NCBI GenBank assembly: GCA_963840455.1
Contig: CAWIYV010000011.1
Span: forward strand, 544,001-608,000
Length of the DNA stretch: 64,000 nt
Source of the DNA: Nitrospirota bacterium
GTDB taxonomy: Bacteria > Nitrospirota > UBA9217
Reading direction: 5' to 3'
The notes under the pieces were generated by a model that was not told where the DNA came from, did not search any database, and worked only from the letters and a program-made list of their open reading frames with translations. Shown piece after piece: positions 47,661 to 57,008 of this stretch (position 1 is the first letter of the stretch; the number at the start of each line of letters is the position of its first letter). The position numbers and the translations under genes are program-made.

Positions 47661-49403
47661 TTAGATCGCCCCGTTGGTGGTGCTCAACTGGTTGATGAGC
47701 GTTTGCATGTTGGTCGTGGTAAGGGTTGATCTGTTCATGGCAGAACCCAGGAACGAAGTCATTGCACTCGCCAATCCGCTGGTCCCTGCCGTGGACTGCA
47801 TCATGGTACCGCCGCCACCCATCATGCCACCACCCATACCACCCATGGTTATCTGGGTGCTTCCCATCTGACCGTTCATGATGCCGTCCGAAGCATCGTT
47901 CATCATGGACAAGATCAGGGCTGCGGGGTCCGTCATGCTGATGGTCTGTGCATACTGAGACATGGCGGCAATGGCAACGCCGTAGTTCTTCATGTCCACA
48001 GTAGCAGTACCGCCGGATCCTAGTACTGCCGCATTCATCGGGACGGTTTCAAGTATGTTGGACACCATGAAGTAGTTGCCAACCGCCGTGTTTGCTGCCG
48101 TAATATTGGCATCAGTCATACCGCCTGCCATTGCCTGGGCACGGGCCTGCGCCATAGACGTAAGAGGAGTCATCTGAATGCCCGTGATCGTGGCTCCGCT
48201 TGAGATGGTTGGAATGACTGCGGTCATCACATCGCCGGCCGACATGGTCATGGTTGTGCCGGTTGCCAGGTTGTTATACGACCCCCCGCTCATCTTGAGC
48301 ATGACCGGCCCGGAATAGGCGCCGAGGGACAGGCTGAAGCTGCCCATGCTGTTCGTGGTCCCGCTAGCCAATTGAGCGCCCAGAGAGCCGCCACTCACTG
48401 CGTATGCCATGACCGTGGCGTTGCCCATCGTTCCGTTGAAGACCGATCCGCCGACCATCCCGCTCATCGGCGTTCCTCCGCCACTCGGAATGCTGCCGGT
48501 CGCCGAAGTAGTCAACTTGTTCATGAGCGCCGTCATGTCTCCAGCAGTTACGCCTGACTTATTCAGGGTGGAGGTCATGAACGTCGCCATTTCCGTGGCG
48601 AGCCCGCTCGTCCCCGCAGTTGTCGTCATCATGGAGCTGCCGGCCATCATTCCGCCCATCATGACCGGGGTACCTCCCATCAAGCCGTTCATAACGCCGT
48701 CCGACGCGTCATTCATCATGGCCGTGACCATGTTGGAGGAAGAGGTCATTCCCATGTCCTTCGCGGATTGCGACATTGCCGCGATGGCCATGCCGTAGTT
48801 TTTCATGTCCTGGGTCGCGGTGCCGCTTGATCCGGACACAAGCGGGCTCATGGGTGGCGTATGCAGGATATCGTTCACGATGAAGTAATTTCCTATTGCG
48901 GTGTTTGCTGCCGTGATATTTACATCCATCATGCCGCCCGCCATATTATTTGCCATTGCCTGGGCCATGGAGGTCAGAGGGGTTACTTGAATTCCGGTAA
49001 CCGTCGAGCCGGTAGATAGCGTTGTCATAACAGCGGTCATCACATCACCGGGAGCCATGGATACGGTAACGCCGGTCGCCTCATCCACGTATGTTCCACC
49101 GCCCATCTGAAGCATAATGGAGCCTGCATAGTCGCCAACTAATATATTGAAATTTCCCTGACTGTCCGTTGCTCCACTGGCGAGTTGCATGCCCATGGTC
49201 CCATTGGTGATGGCATATGCCGTTACTGTCCCTCCGCTAATCGGTCCCTTGACCGCCGTACCACTGATCATTCCGTTAGCGCCTGTTGTTCCTCCAGGAG
49301 TCGTCGCACTGCTCCCTCCTCCGCCACAACCATAAAGAAGCGACATTGACCCGATTAAGAGAGTGAGAGTTAACATTACCTTGAGTTTCTTGTGCTTTTG
49401 CAT
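47661..49403 (-). CDS. Methionine-rich lipoprotein built from two tandem repeats of about 265 aa
   Basis: Lipobox LYGC plus GGGGSS linker; duplicated TPLTSMAQA, NITAANTAxGNYF, DMKNYG, MMNDASDG, TAGTSGLA blocks; about 69 Met in 580 aa by manual count. Confidence 0.85.
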   Translation of the reverse strand: MQKHKKLKVMLTLTLLIGSMSLLYGCGGGGSSATTPGGTTGANGMISGTAVKGPISGGTVTAYAITNGTMGMQLASGATDSQGNFNILVGDYAGSIMLQMGGGTYVDEATGVTVSMAPGDVMTAVMTTLSTGSTVTGIQVTPLTSMAQAMANNMAGGMMDVNITAANTAIGNYFIVNDILHTPPMSPLVSGSSGTATQDMKNYGMAIAAMSQSAKDMGMTSSSNMVTAMMNDASDGVMNGLMGGTPVMMGGMMAGSSMMTTTAGTSGLATEMATFMTSTLNKSGVTAGDMTALMNKLTTSATGSIPSGGGTPMSGMVGGSVFNGTMGNATVMAYAVSGGSLGAQLASGTTNSMGSFSLSLGAYSGPVMLKMSGGSYNNLATGTTMTMSAGDVMTAVIPTISSGATITGIQMTPLTSMAQARAQAMAGGMTDANITAANTAVGNYFMVSNILETVPMNAAVLGSGGTATVDMKNYGVAIAAMSQYAQTISMTDPAALILSMMNDASDGIMNGQMGSTQITMGGMGGGMMGGGGTMMQSTAGTSGLASAMTSFLGSAMNRSTLTTTNMQTLINQLSTTNGAI

Positions 49404-49450
49404 TTGTTACATCCCCCTAAATTAAACTAATTTTACTGCCATTGTGATTT

Positions 49451-49477
49451 AGACGAGGTAACGACTAAAAGGTTACA
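49451..49477 (-). promoter_or_regulatory. Putative ECF promoter for the Met-rich lipoprotein
   Basis: TGTAACC-ttttagtcgttacct-CGTCTAA, 47 nt upstream of the ATG. Confidence 0.75.
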
Positions 49478-49980
49478 AATAACTTCACGACGAGTTATTC
49501 CTTAAATATCGTCTCATCTATCTTTGAATACTGCAAAACAGGATAATTGTCGATTTCAAGCAGCGGATAGTTGAAAAAAGAGCCCACTCGACGCATGCCA
49601 GATTATTGGGATTTCCTTCGGGAAGAACAACGGCTTGACGTGATGGTATTAGGTCTACGTAAGGCTAGTTCTCTGAAGAAACTACACTCCAGTGACCAAA
49701 AATCAAATGTTGAAGGATGAGGCTCTTTCTTATCTCTTTGCCGCTTGCCTCCTCCCAGGCTAAACATCTGCGCCCTGCCGACTGTTTCGATGTTATGCAA
49801 CTCTGTATGTTCCGACTCTGCGCAAACGAAGTCAATAATAAAAGCGAAATGCATGGATAAATAGATTGCGACTGTTGCACATTTAAACGATGTTGTACTC
49901 GCAGTCATATATAATCGCCGCTTCCTGCCGCTATTATCGCAACTTCAAATCAGCGCAAGACAAATCCATACATGTTTACC

Positions 49981-50007
49981 TGTAACCTTTTATGATTTGT
50001 TTCGTCT
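49981..50007 (+). promoter_or_regulatory. Putative ECF promoter for the divergent exported protein
   Basis: TGTAACC-ttttatgatttgttt-CGTCTCA. Confidence 0.72.
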
Positions 50008-50104
50008 CATATGGCATCAACCCGGAAGAAGAATATTTTATCGGAGCTCCAAAGAAAGAATAATATTTTTTATTCTAACGTGTTTACTGCGAGGGAGTCG
50101 CATT

Positions 50105-50605
50105 ATGAAAATGAAGAGGTTATTGATTGCATATTTTCTGAGCGGTGTGTTTGCTGTTTTTGGACTGTTCTCTCCGGTTGCTGGCAATGCGGGGATAAAT
50201 GTAGACATTAATGTTCCCCTGCCCGACATCGCCATAGCCGGACCGCCAGCCATGGTGGTTGTCCCCGGCGCCTATGTGTACTTTGCCCCTGATGTTGAAG
50301 CTGACCTTTTTTTCTATCACGGATACTGGTACCGGCCCCATCAGGGAGGATGGTATTATTCGCTCGGATACAACGGGCCCTGGGGCCGCATAACGATCGG
50401 GAATGTGCCGCCGCCGCTGGTCAGTCTGCGGCCCGGCTATCGGAATGTACCTCCAGCCTATGAGCGCATGCCCTACCCTGTGGTACAGAGGTACTGGAGA
50501 CAATGGGAAGAGGAACGGTACTGGGATTCCTATCAGAGAAGTGATGAGCATCCAGCGCCCCATCGGGGTCATGGTATGGGTATGGGCAGGGGAATGGGAA
50601 TGTAG
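50105..50605 (+). CDS. Exported Pro/Tyr/Trp-rich hypothetical protein with His/Met/Gly tail
   Basis: Signal peptide; GINVDINVP..PPAMVVVPG..VYFAP..FFYHGYWY..YNGPW; tail HRGHGMGMGRGMGM. Confidence 0.8.
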   Translation: MKMKRLLIAYFLSGVFAVFGLFSPVAGNAGINVDINVPLPDIAIAGPPAMVVVPGAYVYFAPDVEADLFFYHGYWYRPHQGGWYYSLGYNGPWGRITIGNVPPPLVSLRPGYRNVPPAYERMPYPVVQRYWRQWEEERYWDSYQRSDEHPAPHRGHGMGMGRGMGM

Positions 50606-50909
50606 AGGCGTGGGGACTGATGGTCTAATTAGTATCGTATCGACGATGCGGATTTCGTCAAGTATACTTGCTGGTCTGCACTGCCAATTTTGCGGCGGAG
50701 CAAAGAATTCATGATGTAATATGCCCTTGAGCGAGCGGAAAAACGTGGTGTGACAAAATAAGAGCTAATTCCTGATTGGAATTTTCAGAGAAAGCCACGG
50801 GATCGGCCAGTCCCGGGATGATCCTAATCGCCGATTCCGGGCCTTCTTAAAAGATGCAACTTTCCTATTGCATCTATCCCGTGCGCGGGGGTAAAATTTA
50901 TAAGAGGTT

Positions 50910-51731
50910 TTGCTCATGGCCTTGACGGCATTCCTTCCACCTTCGAACCCTCATCAGCCGCAAGCCTCTATACGGAACATTCGCATGCACATGTCCGACC
51001 TCTTATCGACAGATCTTCCCGCGACCGACGCCGCGCCGCAGCCGATGTTCTGCGCGGCCATTGCCGGGTTCATCCGTTGCGCCTTCCGGCGCCCTGTCGC
51101 GGGACGGGTCCTCGCCGTCGCCGCGCTCATGGCCGCTGCGCATGCCCCTGGAACAGCCCGGGCAACGGAGCTGGCGTCCCTAAACTTTACGGTCGTTCAT
51201 CCGGCACAGCGTTGGTCCTCGGCGCCGCTCGTCCGGGAGACCTACGACACGTACAATGTCCACGGCACCAGCATTCCCGAGCTGTGCGCCTGCCTAAGCC
51301 GTAACGGCGTCCGGATGAATAACGGCGACATTTACGATGCCCTGACCAGCTGGGATGTGAAGTGGGAGTACGACTACGATCGCTCCCCTGGCGGATGCTC
51401 GGTGGATGACTTCCGCGCAGTCGTGGACGTGACCATCCGCTACCCCCGCTGGGTTTCGAACGATGACGCCCCTGCTCCGCTGGCAAATGCCTGGGACGCC
51501 TTTCTGCACAGCCTCATCCAGCATGAACAGGTCCACCGCGATATCGCTGTGGCAGCCGCCGACGGGCTGATCCGCGCCGCTACCGCGATCCCGCCTGCGG
51601 CCACCTGCGCTGACTTGGACCGGGCCGTGGAAGCCCTTGGCCGATCATTCATGAAGCAGCTCACGCTGGACCAGCATGCCTATGATGCTGAAACCAGCCA
51701 TGGCGCCATGCAGGGCGCCGTCCTTCCCTAG
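50910..51731 (+). CDS. DUF922-like putative secreted Zn-dependent protease
   Basis: YNVHG, ALTSW, YPRW, HEQVH (HExxH), YDAETSHG..QG; true start probably downstream. Confidence 0.75.
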   Translation: MLMALTAFLPPSNPHQPQASIRNIRMHMSDLLSTDLPATDAAPQPMFCAAIAGFIRCAFRRPVAGRVLAVAALMAAAHAPGTARATELASLNFTVVHPAQRWSSAPLVRETYDTYNVHGTSIPELCACLSRNGVRMNNGDIYDALTSWDVKWEYDYDRSPGGCSVDDFRAVVDVTIRYPRWVSNDDAPAPLANAWDAFLHSLIQHEQVHRDIAVAAADGLIRAATAIPPAATCADLDRAVEALGRSFMKQLTLDQHAYDAETSHGAMQGAVLP

Positions 51732-51876
51732 CACCCTTCAGCGCCTTACATCCACACCGATAGTTGTCACCATGAGCAAACAGAAAGAGCAGGCTGCTGT
51801 TTCGCCTGCTCTTCAAGCTGTGGTAACTTGCATGTTTTTCCGTCCTTCCCGGACGGTCATGGTGCACTGTGGTCCG

Positions 51877-52083
51877 CTACGGCAGACCAGAGCCAGGGCC
51901 GAAGAAGGACTCCCAGATGCGGGTGTGCTCATCGACCTCCTTTACCGCTCCTTTGCCTTCCGCTGCCAAGCCAAACGCTGCGACCTCCTTCTCATGGACG
52001 AGGTTCTCCTCATACATCGCAACGCCTACATCGACCGGCTTCTCCTCAGAGATGATCGTCGCCTTAATCGGCGTCGGTATCAT
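51877..52083 (-). CDS. Small hypothetical protein
   Basis: 68-aa acidic ORF with GGAG upstream; no recognisable motif. Confidence 0.35.
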   Translation of the reverse strand: MIPTPIKATIISEEKPVDVGVAMYEENLVHEKEVAAFGLAAEGKGAVKEVDEHTRIWESFFGPGSGLP

Positions 52084-52117
52084 CACTCTGCTTCTCCGGT
52101 CCCCCACGAACTATGCG

Positions 52118-52152
52118 AAAAAAAAGGCAGGCATCCCGTTGGATGCCGGCCT
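52118..52152 (-). terminator. Intrinsic terminator
   Basis: AGGCCGGCATCC-aac-GGGATGCCTGCC followed by T8. Confidence 0.75.
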
Positions 52153-52204
52153 GCGTTCTGGAATTGGCGGAGCTCCTGGATTCAGGGTCCGGGAAGGAGG
52201 TTGG

Positions 52205-53098
52205 TCAGAAAGCATAACTGAGCGTACCAACGTACCTCAGCGTGTCGTTAAAGCCTGCCTCATCGCGGTGGTAGAATTGCACACCAACACTGATGTTCGC
52301 ATGCTCCGTCACATATCGCAAGCCCGGCATAAGCCCTGTGGAATTCATTGCATTGACCGTGGGGATATTTTTCTTGACCACGGTCGTATACTCAAACATC
52401 GCCTGCAGTTTGCGGCTTTCCGTGAGCGGGAAGAGCAGTCCGGCGTTCACGACCCCATACTTTTCTGAATAACTCTTGCCATCTGTCCATGGAATCTTGT
52501 CCTTGTAACAGACCTGTCCTTCAAAATAGACGCCGATAAAGTAATCCCCGGGCATCTCCTTCTCGGCAGTGCCGATTACCATGAACCGCAGGCCCATATC
52601 CTCCACGTCGTTGTATCCCTTCGCGGCATCCCCGGTCGGGAACGTATACGCGATCCCGAGCGCTATGGCGGGCAAGGGGTCATTCTCGGACGAGATCCGC
52701 CACTTGACCAGGACATCGGTGTCACCGAAGCCGGTCTCCCGGGTCGTCGAACTGCCGAAGTTGGTCCCGATCGCCTGTGCGCGTATGCCGATCTCGATGC
52801 GATCCGTGATGCCCGCAGTGATCGTGGCGAAACCCTGTGCAATGCTGAAATTCGGATCGCTGCTGTTCTCGGCAATGGAGGCAAGACCCACGACGATGCG
52901 CCCCTTGGGCTGCGTATAGGCCGAGTTGGTAAAGATCAGCCCCGTGAGGCCCTGGATATTGGCCGGTCGGTTGATCACTGTGGAGGCATCGTCTTTCGGC
53001 ACTTCTCCGGAATCAAGGTAGCTGGACCCGGCCGCCGACTGACCGATCATGGTCAGCAGAATGATAACCCCGCCCACGATAGCACTCCGCATCGTCAT
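52205..53098 (-). CDS. Putative outer-membrane beta-barrel/transporter-like protein
   Basis: Signal peptide; GLTGLIFTNSAYT, GITDRIEIG, GFGDTDVLVKW, FPTGD; C-terminal LSYAF; TTGACT-17-TACACT promoter near 53225-53253. Confidence 0.7.
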   Translation of the reverse strand: MTMRSAIVGGVIILLTMIGQSAAGSSYLDSGEVPKDDASTVINRPANIQGLTGLIFTNSAYTQPKGRIVVGLASIAENSSDPNFSIAQGFATITAGITDRIEIGIRAQAIGTNFGSSTTRETGFGDTDVLVKWRISSENDPLPAIALGIAYTFPTGDAAKGYNDVEDMGLRFMVIGTAEKEMPGDYFIGVYFEGQVCYKDKIPWTDGKSYSEKYGVVNAGLLFPLTESRKLQAMFEYTTVVKKNIPTVNAMNSTGLMPGLRYVTEHANISVGVQFYHRDEAGFNDTLRYVGTLSYAF

Positions 53099-53800
53099 GT
53101 GATCCCACCTTCCTGCGGGCCGTCCTAGTGATGATCCCGCGTTCAGAAGTTCTCGCTCCGGCCGCTGTTCCGGCGGTCGGGCGGACAGAATAGGTCGGCG
53201 GTATCTGCCGCCAGTCACCGCGAGTGTACTAAAGACGCGATAAAGAGTCAATAAAAATGAAACAGCCGGGTCGGCAGGCCTCCGGACAGGATGGCAGCCG
53301 CTCTCCGGCATGTCACTCGGGGAGCAAGCACTTCAGGGGGCGGTCGGCAGAGTCCGTCTCCTTCGTTGCCTTTCCATTACACCGCTGCTCAAAACGCACT
53401 GGGTATCAGTGCCAGAGGCCAAGGGTCTGGAAGACGGACGTTAACGTATGGCATGGCGTCTCCGGAAAGGGCGAGGATGTGGACAGGAAAGTACATTAAG
53501 GGAACCGTCATGGTGTTGACAATATTACTGTTTGCAGAAAGGAGCAAGCGTGTTTTCCCATTTTCTGCTTCTGCGACATCCCGGTACCTGTGCAAAAAAA
53601 GCCGTCATCTCGTTAATGTCGGCCTGGTGAAACAAACTAGTGGAGGCGGCGTACTTTTAATAGTTTGTCCAATTCTTCAATATTAAATATTACGCGAGTA
53701 TTTTTTCGAGATATTATGACATACTCAAGATAGATACCCCCAAAAATGCTGGATGCTATTGGACAAAGCTGGCCGAACTGTACTGCGTCTGCCGGAAGAT

Positions 53801-54070
53801 CTATTTCGGGACTTTCTCCAGGTCAGCGGCAATCGCATCGGGGTCATACTCGCAAGGGCCAGATAAGTACCCTCTCTCCTTGCAGTATCGGACCATCTTA
53901 TCAATCACATCCTTGAAGTCCTCTTTCAAGGTCATAAGTTCGCCTGTTCCTTCGCAGCCTTTCTTACGATTCTTTGCGAGAATATAGACCTGTGCGAACT
54001 CCCTGGCTTCGTCCACCAACGCTGCAAGGCGACCGTCCGATTTTGATGCTGCTAAGATATCACTTATCAT
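53801..54070 (-). CDS. Hypothetical protein
   Basis: 89-aa ORF with AAGGAG RBS; last gene of the ABC/FmdE operon. Confidence 0.65.
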   Translation of the reverse strand: MISDILAASKSDGRLAALVDEAREFAQVYILAKNRKKGCEGTGELMTLKEDFKDVIDKMVRYCKERGYLSGPCEYDPDAIAADLEKVPK

Positions 54071-54089
54071 AGAATAAGCTCTCCTTCTA

Positions 54090-54833
54090 TCACTTCACTG
54101 GCGTATTCTTGTAATCGTTGTCCTTCCTTTTGCCCAGGTCCTTGCACGATGGCTCTGGCCATTTATAGTCCTTCATTTCGTCGATGATAAAAGATTCCTT
54201 GAGCGGTTTGTTGACCATGCGTTTCGCATAGGCCCACTGGAGTTCCTGAAATAGGTCAATGTCTTTCGGCTCGAATTCGCCGGACTCGATCTTCTTCATC
54301 TGCGTTTTGACCTCTTTAGGATAGACCGCTGGATTGAGCTTCACATGCACGGTCCTGCCTGTTGAAACCTGCTGTACGAGGAACTCGCTTTCGGTCAGAG
54401 AGTTATCGATCACATGGGAATTGAACCGCGCCCGGCTGCCGGTGAGATACGCAGCCACGTCCCCGCCGCAGGCTGAGTTGTTCGAGACGATCCTGAGGTC
54501 TGTGCGGTCAACAACCTTGTCCGGGAAGAGAAGATCAAAGGCAACTCGAAGCGAGGCCGCGCTTTCTACGAGCCCGCCGCAGAAATGACCGTGGAACTTG
54601 ATCAGGTCTTTGATCGTGATGGTCTTGGTCTGCCTGGCATATCTGCCGTACTTGTTCTCCGCGTCCCGGACCTCAAAGAACGGAGCATATGGCGCGGCAC
54701 CAAGCCATTCGGGGAAATACCATTCCCCGGCGACATCCGGTCCAGGAGAACCTGTTTTAGGCATGGGTTCCAGCGCTAATGCCAGCGACGCAAGCAGGAG
54801 GAAAGGCAAAACCGATAGTATTATGGTTTTCAC
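54090..54833 (-). CDS. Exported FmdE (formylmethanofuran dehydrogenase subunit E)-family protein
   Basis: GTG start with GGAGG; signal peptide (ALA); KFHGHFCGGL and NSACGGD metal-ligand motifs. Confidence 0.8.
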   Translation of the reverse strand: MKTIILSVLPFLLLASLALALEPMPKTGSPGPDVAGEWYFPEWLGAAPYAPFFEVRDAENKYGRYARQTKTITIKDLIKFHGHFCGGLVESAASLRVAFDLLFPDKVVDRTDLRIVSNNSACGGDVAAYLTGSRARFNSHVIDNSLTESEFLVQQVSTGRTVHVKLNPAVYPKEVKTQMKKIESGEFEPKDIDLFQELQWAYAKRMVNKPLKESFIIDEMKDYKWPEPSCKDLGKRKDNDYKNTPVK

Positions 54834-54923
54834 AATCTGTCCTCCGTAAAAAGTCGGCCCCAACTCAGAACTGGGCACCCGTACCCATTTCTATTTTCCC
54901 TTTTCGGTTTTTTCTCGTCGTAG

Positions 54924-56231
54924 TTAAAAATAGTACCTAGCCCTCATCTCTATGCGATAGTCGTATGGCTTCTCGCCGAATTCGCTCAGCGGGTCTCCGG
55001 CCAGAATAGTCCCCTTGAGACGAAGTTCAAGGTTCGTGATGCCCGTGTAGGCGATCTCCGGTGAGAGCTGGTAGCTTCGGTCTTCGGCGTTCACGATCGC
55101 TGTCAACGCGGGCGTCCAATAGAGTATGTCGAAGGGGTCTTTCTGGCTCACACGCAAATAGAGATACTGCTGCCCGGTGTTCGGTCTGCCGTAGTTCTTG
55201 TCGGTCACTGCAGTCGCCTTCTGAAGAAGCGCGTCGTTTCCCGTTGAAACATAGGAATCATACGCATTGTGCACGAAGGTATAGTAATCCCGGGTCTCCT
55301 GTTCGGTGAAGCCGGTCCCGTTCCGATAGTATTCGACGATATAGGTCGTGTCCTTTTCCGTGAGATACCGGAGCCCGAGGAGCCAGCTCGTAGCGTCATA
55401 CACGGTCTGATGCGTTGTCCCGTCAACGGTGATGAAGCTCCGCGTGAAGTCGTTGATGCGGGCGACTTCTCCGTGGACTTCAAGGTTCGTCGTGATGTTC
55501 CGGGAGAAGTCCATACCCATGCGCGACGTTTTGCTCGCGCCCGTGAGGAACAGGAAGTCGATGTCCGTGTCGTAAAGCAGGAGATAGACCCTACCTGCAG
55601 TGTTCAGGTGGCTCGCTGTTCCAAAATCGTCGTTCACGTGCTCCGAGACCGGTATGAGCACGGGTGTGATGGAAAGCGTCTTGAGCGGCCCGTTGAAGCT
55701 CTTGATGTAATCCGCAGAGGCGACGACGAACCCTTCGAGGTTCAGGTCCGGCTCGTCCGGGTTCTTCGGCCTGTCCACGAATGCCACGGGGTTCCAAGCA
55801 TAGCCTTTGCCCCATTTAAGGGTCTTCTTGCCCGCGTCGATCGTGAGCGATGGCGCAGGCTTAACGGAAAGGAAGGCTTCGAACACGGTCGTCGTGGATG
55901 TCGCTCCGAGATAGGAATCCTGATAAGCGGTGTTTGTTCTCGCGAAGAACTTTGTCATGCCCATTTCAAGACCGCCTTCGAGCTGAAGAGCGGCGTTGTA
56001 TTCCGGCAGGGTATTTCCTTCGTCTCGGTTATAGAACCGGAGCTGATACAGGGCAGCGTCCCGGTCGAGTCCGTACAGGATCGGTCTGAGTTCCGCGTAG
56101 CCGCCGAGATAGTACGGTTTTTTTTCTACTTCCGAGGGGTCAAAGGAGTATTCTTCCGCGTAAAGGACGCCGGCTTGCAGAACCGTCCCGAGAACAATAA
56201 GCAGTATGGTATGCTTTCGAATGAATTTCAT
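54924..56231 (-). CDS. Putative outer-membrane protein (porin-like)
   Basis: Signal peptide; GKKTLKWGKGYAWNP; beta-strand pattern; C-terminal RARYYF. Confidence 0.75.
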   Translation of the reverse strand: MKFIRKHTILLIVLGTVLQAGVLYAEEYSFDPSEVEKKPYYLGGYAELRPILYGLDRDAALYQLRFYNRDEGNTLPEYNAALQLEGGLEMGMTKFFARTNTAYQDSYLGATSTTTVFEAFLSVKPAPSLTIDAGKKTLKWGKGYAWNPVAFVDRPKNPDEPDLNLEGFVVASADYIKSFNGPLKTLSITPVLIPVSEHVNDDFGTASHLNTAGRVYLLLYDTDIDFLFLTGASKTSRMGMDFSRNITTNLEVHGEVARINDFTRSFITVDGTTHQTVYDATSWLLGLRYLTEKDTTYIVEYYRNGTGFTEQETRDYYTFVHNAYDSYVSTGNDALLQKATAVTDKNYGRPNTGQQYLYLRVSQKDPFDILYWTPALTAIVNAEDRSYQLSPEIAYTGITNLELRLKGTILAGDPLSEFGEKPYDYRIEMRARYYF

Positions 56232-56272
56232 GTAGGCATGATCTATATTCGGCGTATGATCCGCTTTTCGTC

Positions 56273-56998
56273 CTACCGCAGCGATTCGATATTCGGCATG
56301 AAGGTCAATGTGAATACTTCGTCCTTGAAGTTTCGCGCCTTGATCTTTGCCAATATCATTATCGATTTGTAGTTCTTATAGAGCGGGCTGTCGGTCTCGA
56401 TGACCGCAGGCCTCACTATGCCGCCAAAGTCCCTCACGTCCTTGAAGTAAAGCGTCTTGATCAGCATACCCGCTTCCGTCAGGCATTCGATCTTCGTCGG
56501 GAGTTTTCTTTCCTTCTCGGCCCAGAGTCTTATTCGGTCATAGGCTACGGTCTTTGTCTTTGCCTTGAGATGAAGAAGGTATTCGTTCCCCTGCTCCTCC
56601 ACCTTCTCGACAGTATACTCTGCCGTGTAGTCGAGCTGCAGGATGTCGGCGTTATTGAACACACCGCCCACTACGGACTGGAGGCTCGTGATCCGGATGG
56701 GCTTGCCCACGTTCGGGATATAAAACCACATATTGTCCCCGACCCGCAGGGTGCTCCGGCCCTTTTCGCTGGCAGGCGCGATAAAGAGCGACGCGACCTT
56801 GTCCACGCCCTTCTTGACAGTGAAAAGAGTGAATTCCTTCTTCCGCCCATCAGGCTCGATGTTGATGAGCTTTCGGTAGGATTCGTAGGACTCGGGATTC
56901 AGGTTCCTGTCCACTTGCCTGAGAAGCTCCGTACCATCAACGGCGTAGGCAGGAACGGAGAACAGCGTTGTTACGATGACAATCAGTATTTTCAACAT
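56273..56998 (-). CDS. LolA-like outer membrane lipoprotein-sorting protein
   Basis: Signal peptide; F..PASEKG..L...DNMW.Y.P..KPIRI; between an ABC permease and an OM protein. Confidence 0.85.
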   Translation of the reverse strand: MLKILIVIVTTLFSVPAYAVDGTELLRQVDRNLNPESYESYRKLINIEPDGRKKEFTLFTVKKGVDKVASLFIAPASEKGRSTLRVGDNMWFYIPNVGKPIRITSLQSVVGGVFNNADILQLDYTAEYTVEKVEEQGNEYLLHLKAKTKTVAYDRIRLWAEKERKLPTKIECLTEAGMLIKTLYFKDVRDFGGIVRPAVIETDSPLYKNYKSIMILAKIKARNFKDEVFTLTFMPNIESLR

Positions 56999-57008
56999 GG
57001 CATTTCTC

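Noticed and set aside
53291-53790. Short ORFs in this interval, and in 49603-49908 and 42500-42856
   Set aside because: No RBS, motif or gene-like composition; treated as non-coding or decayed.
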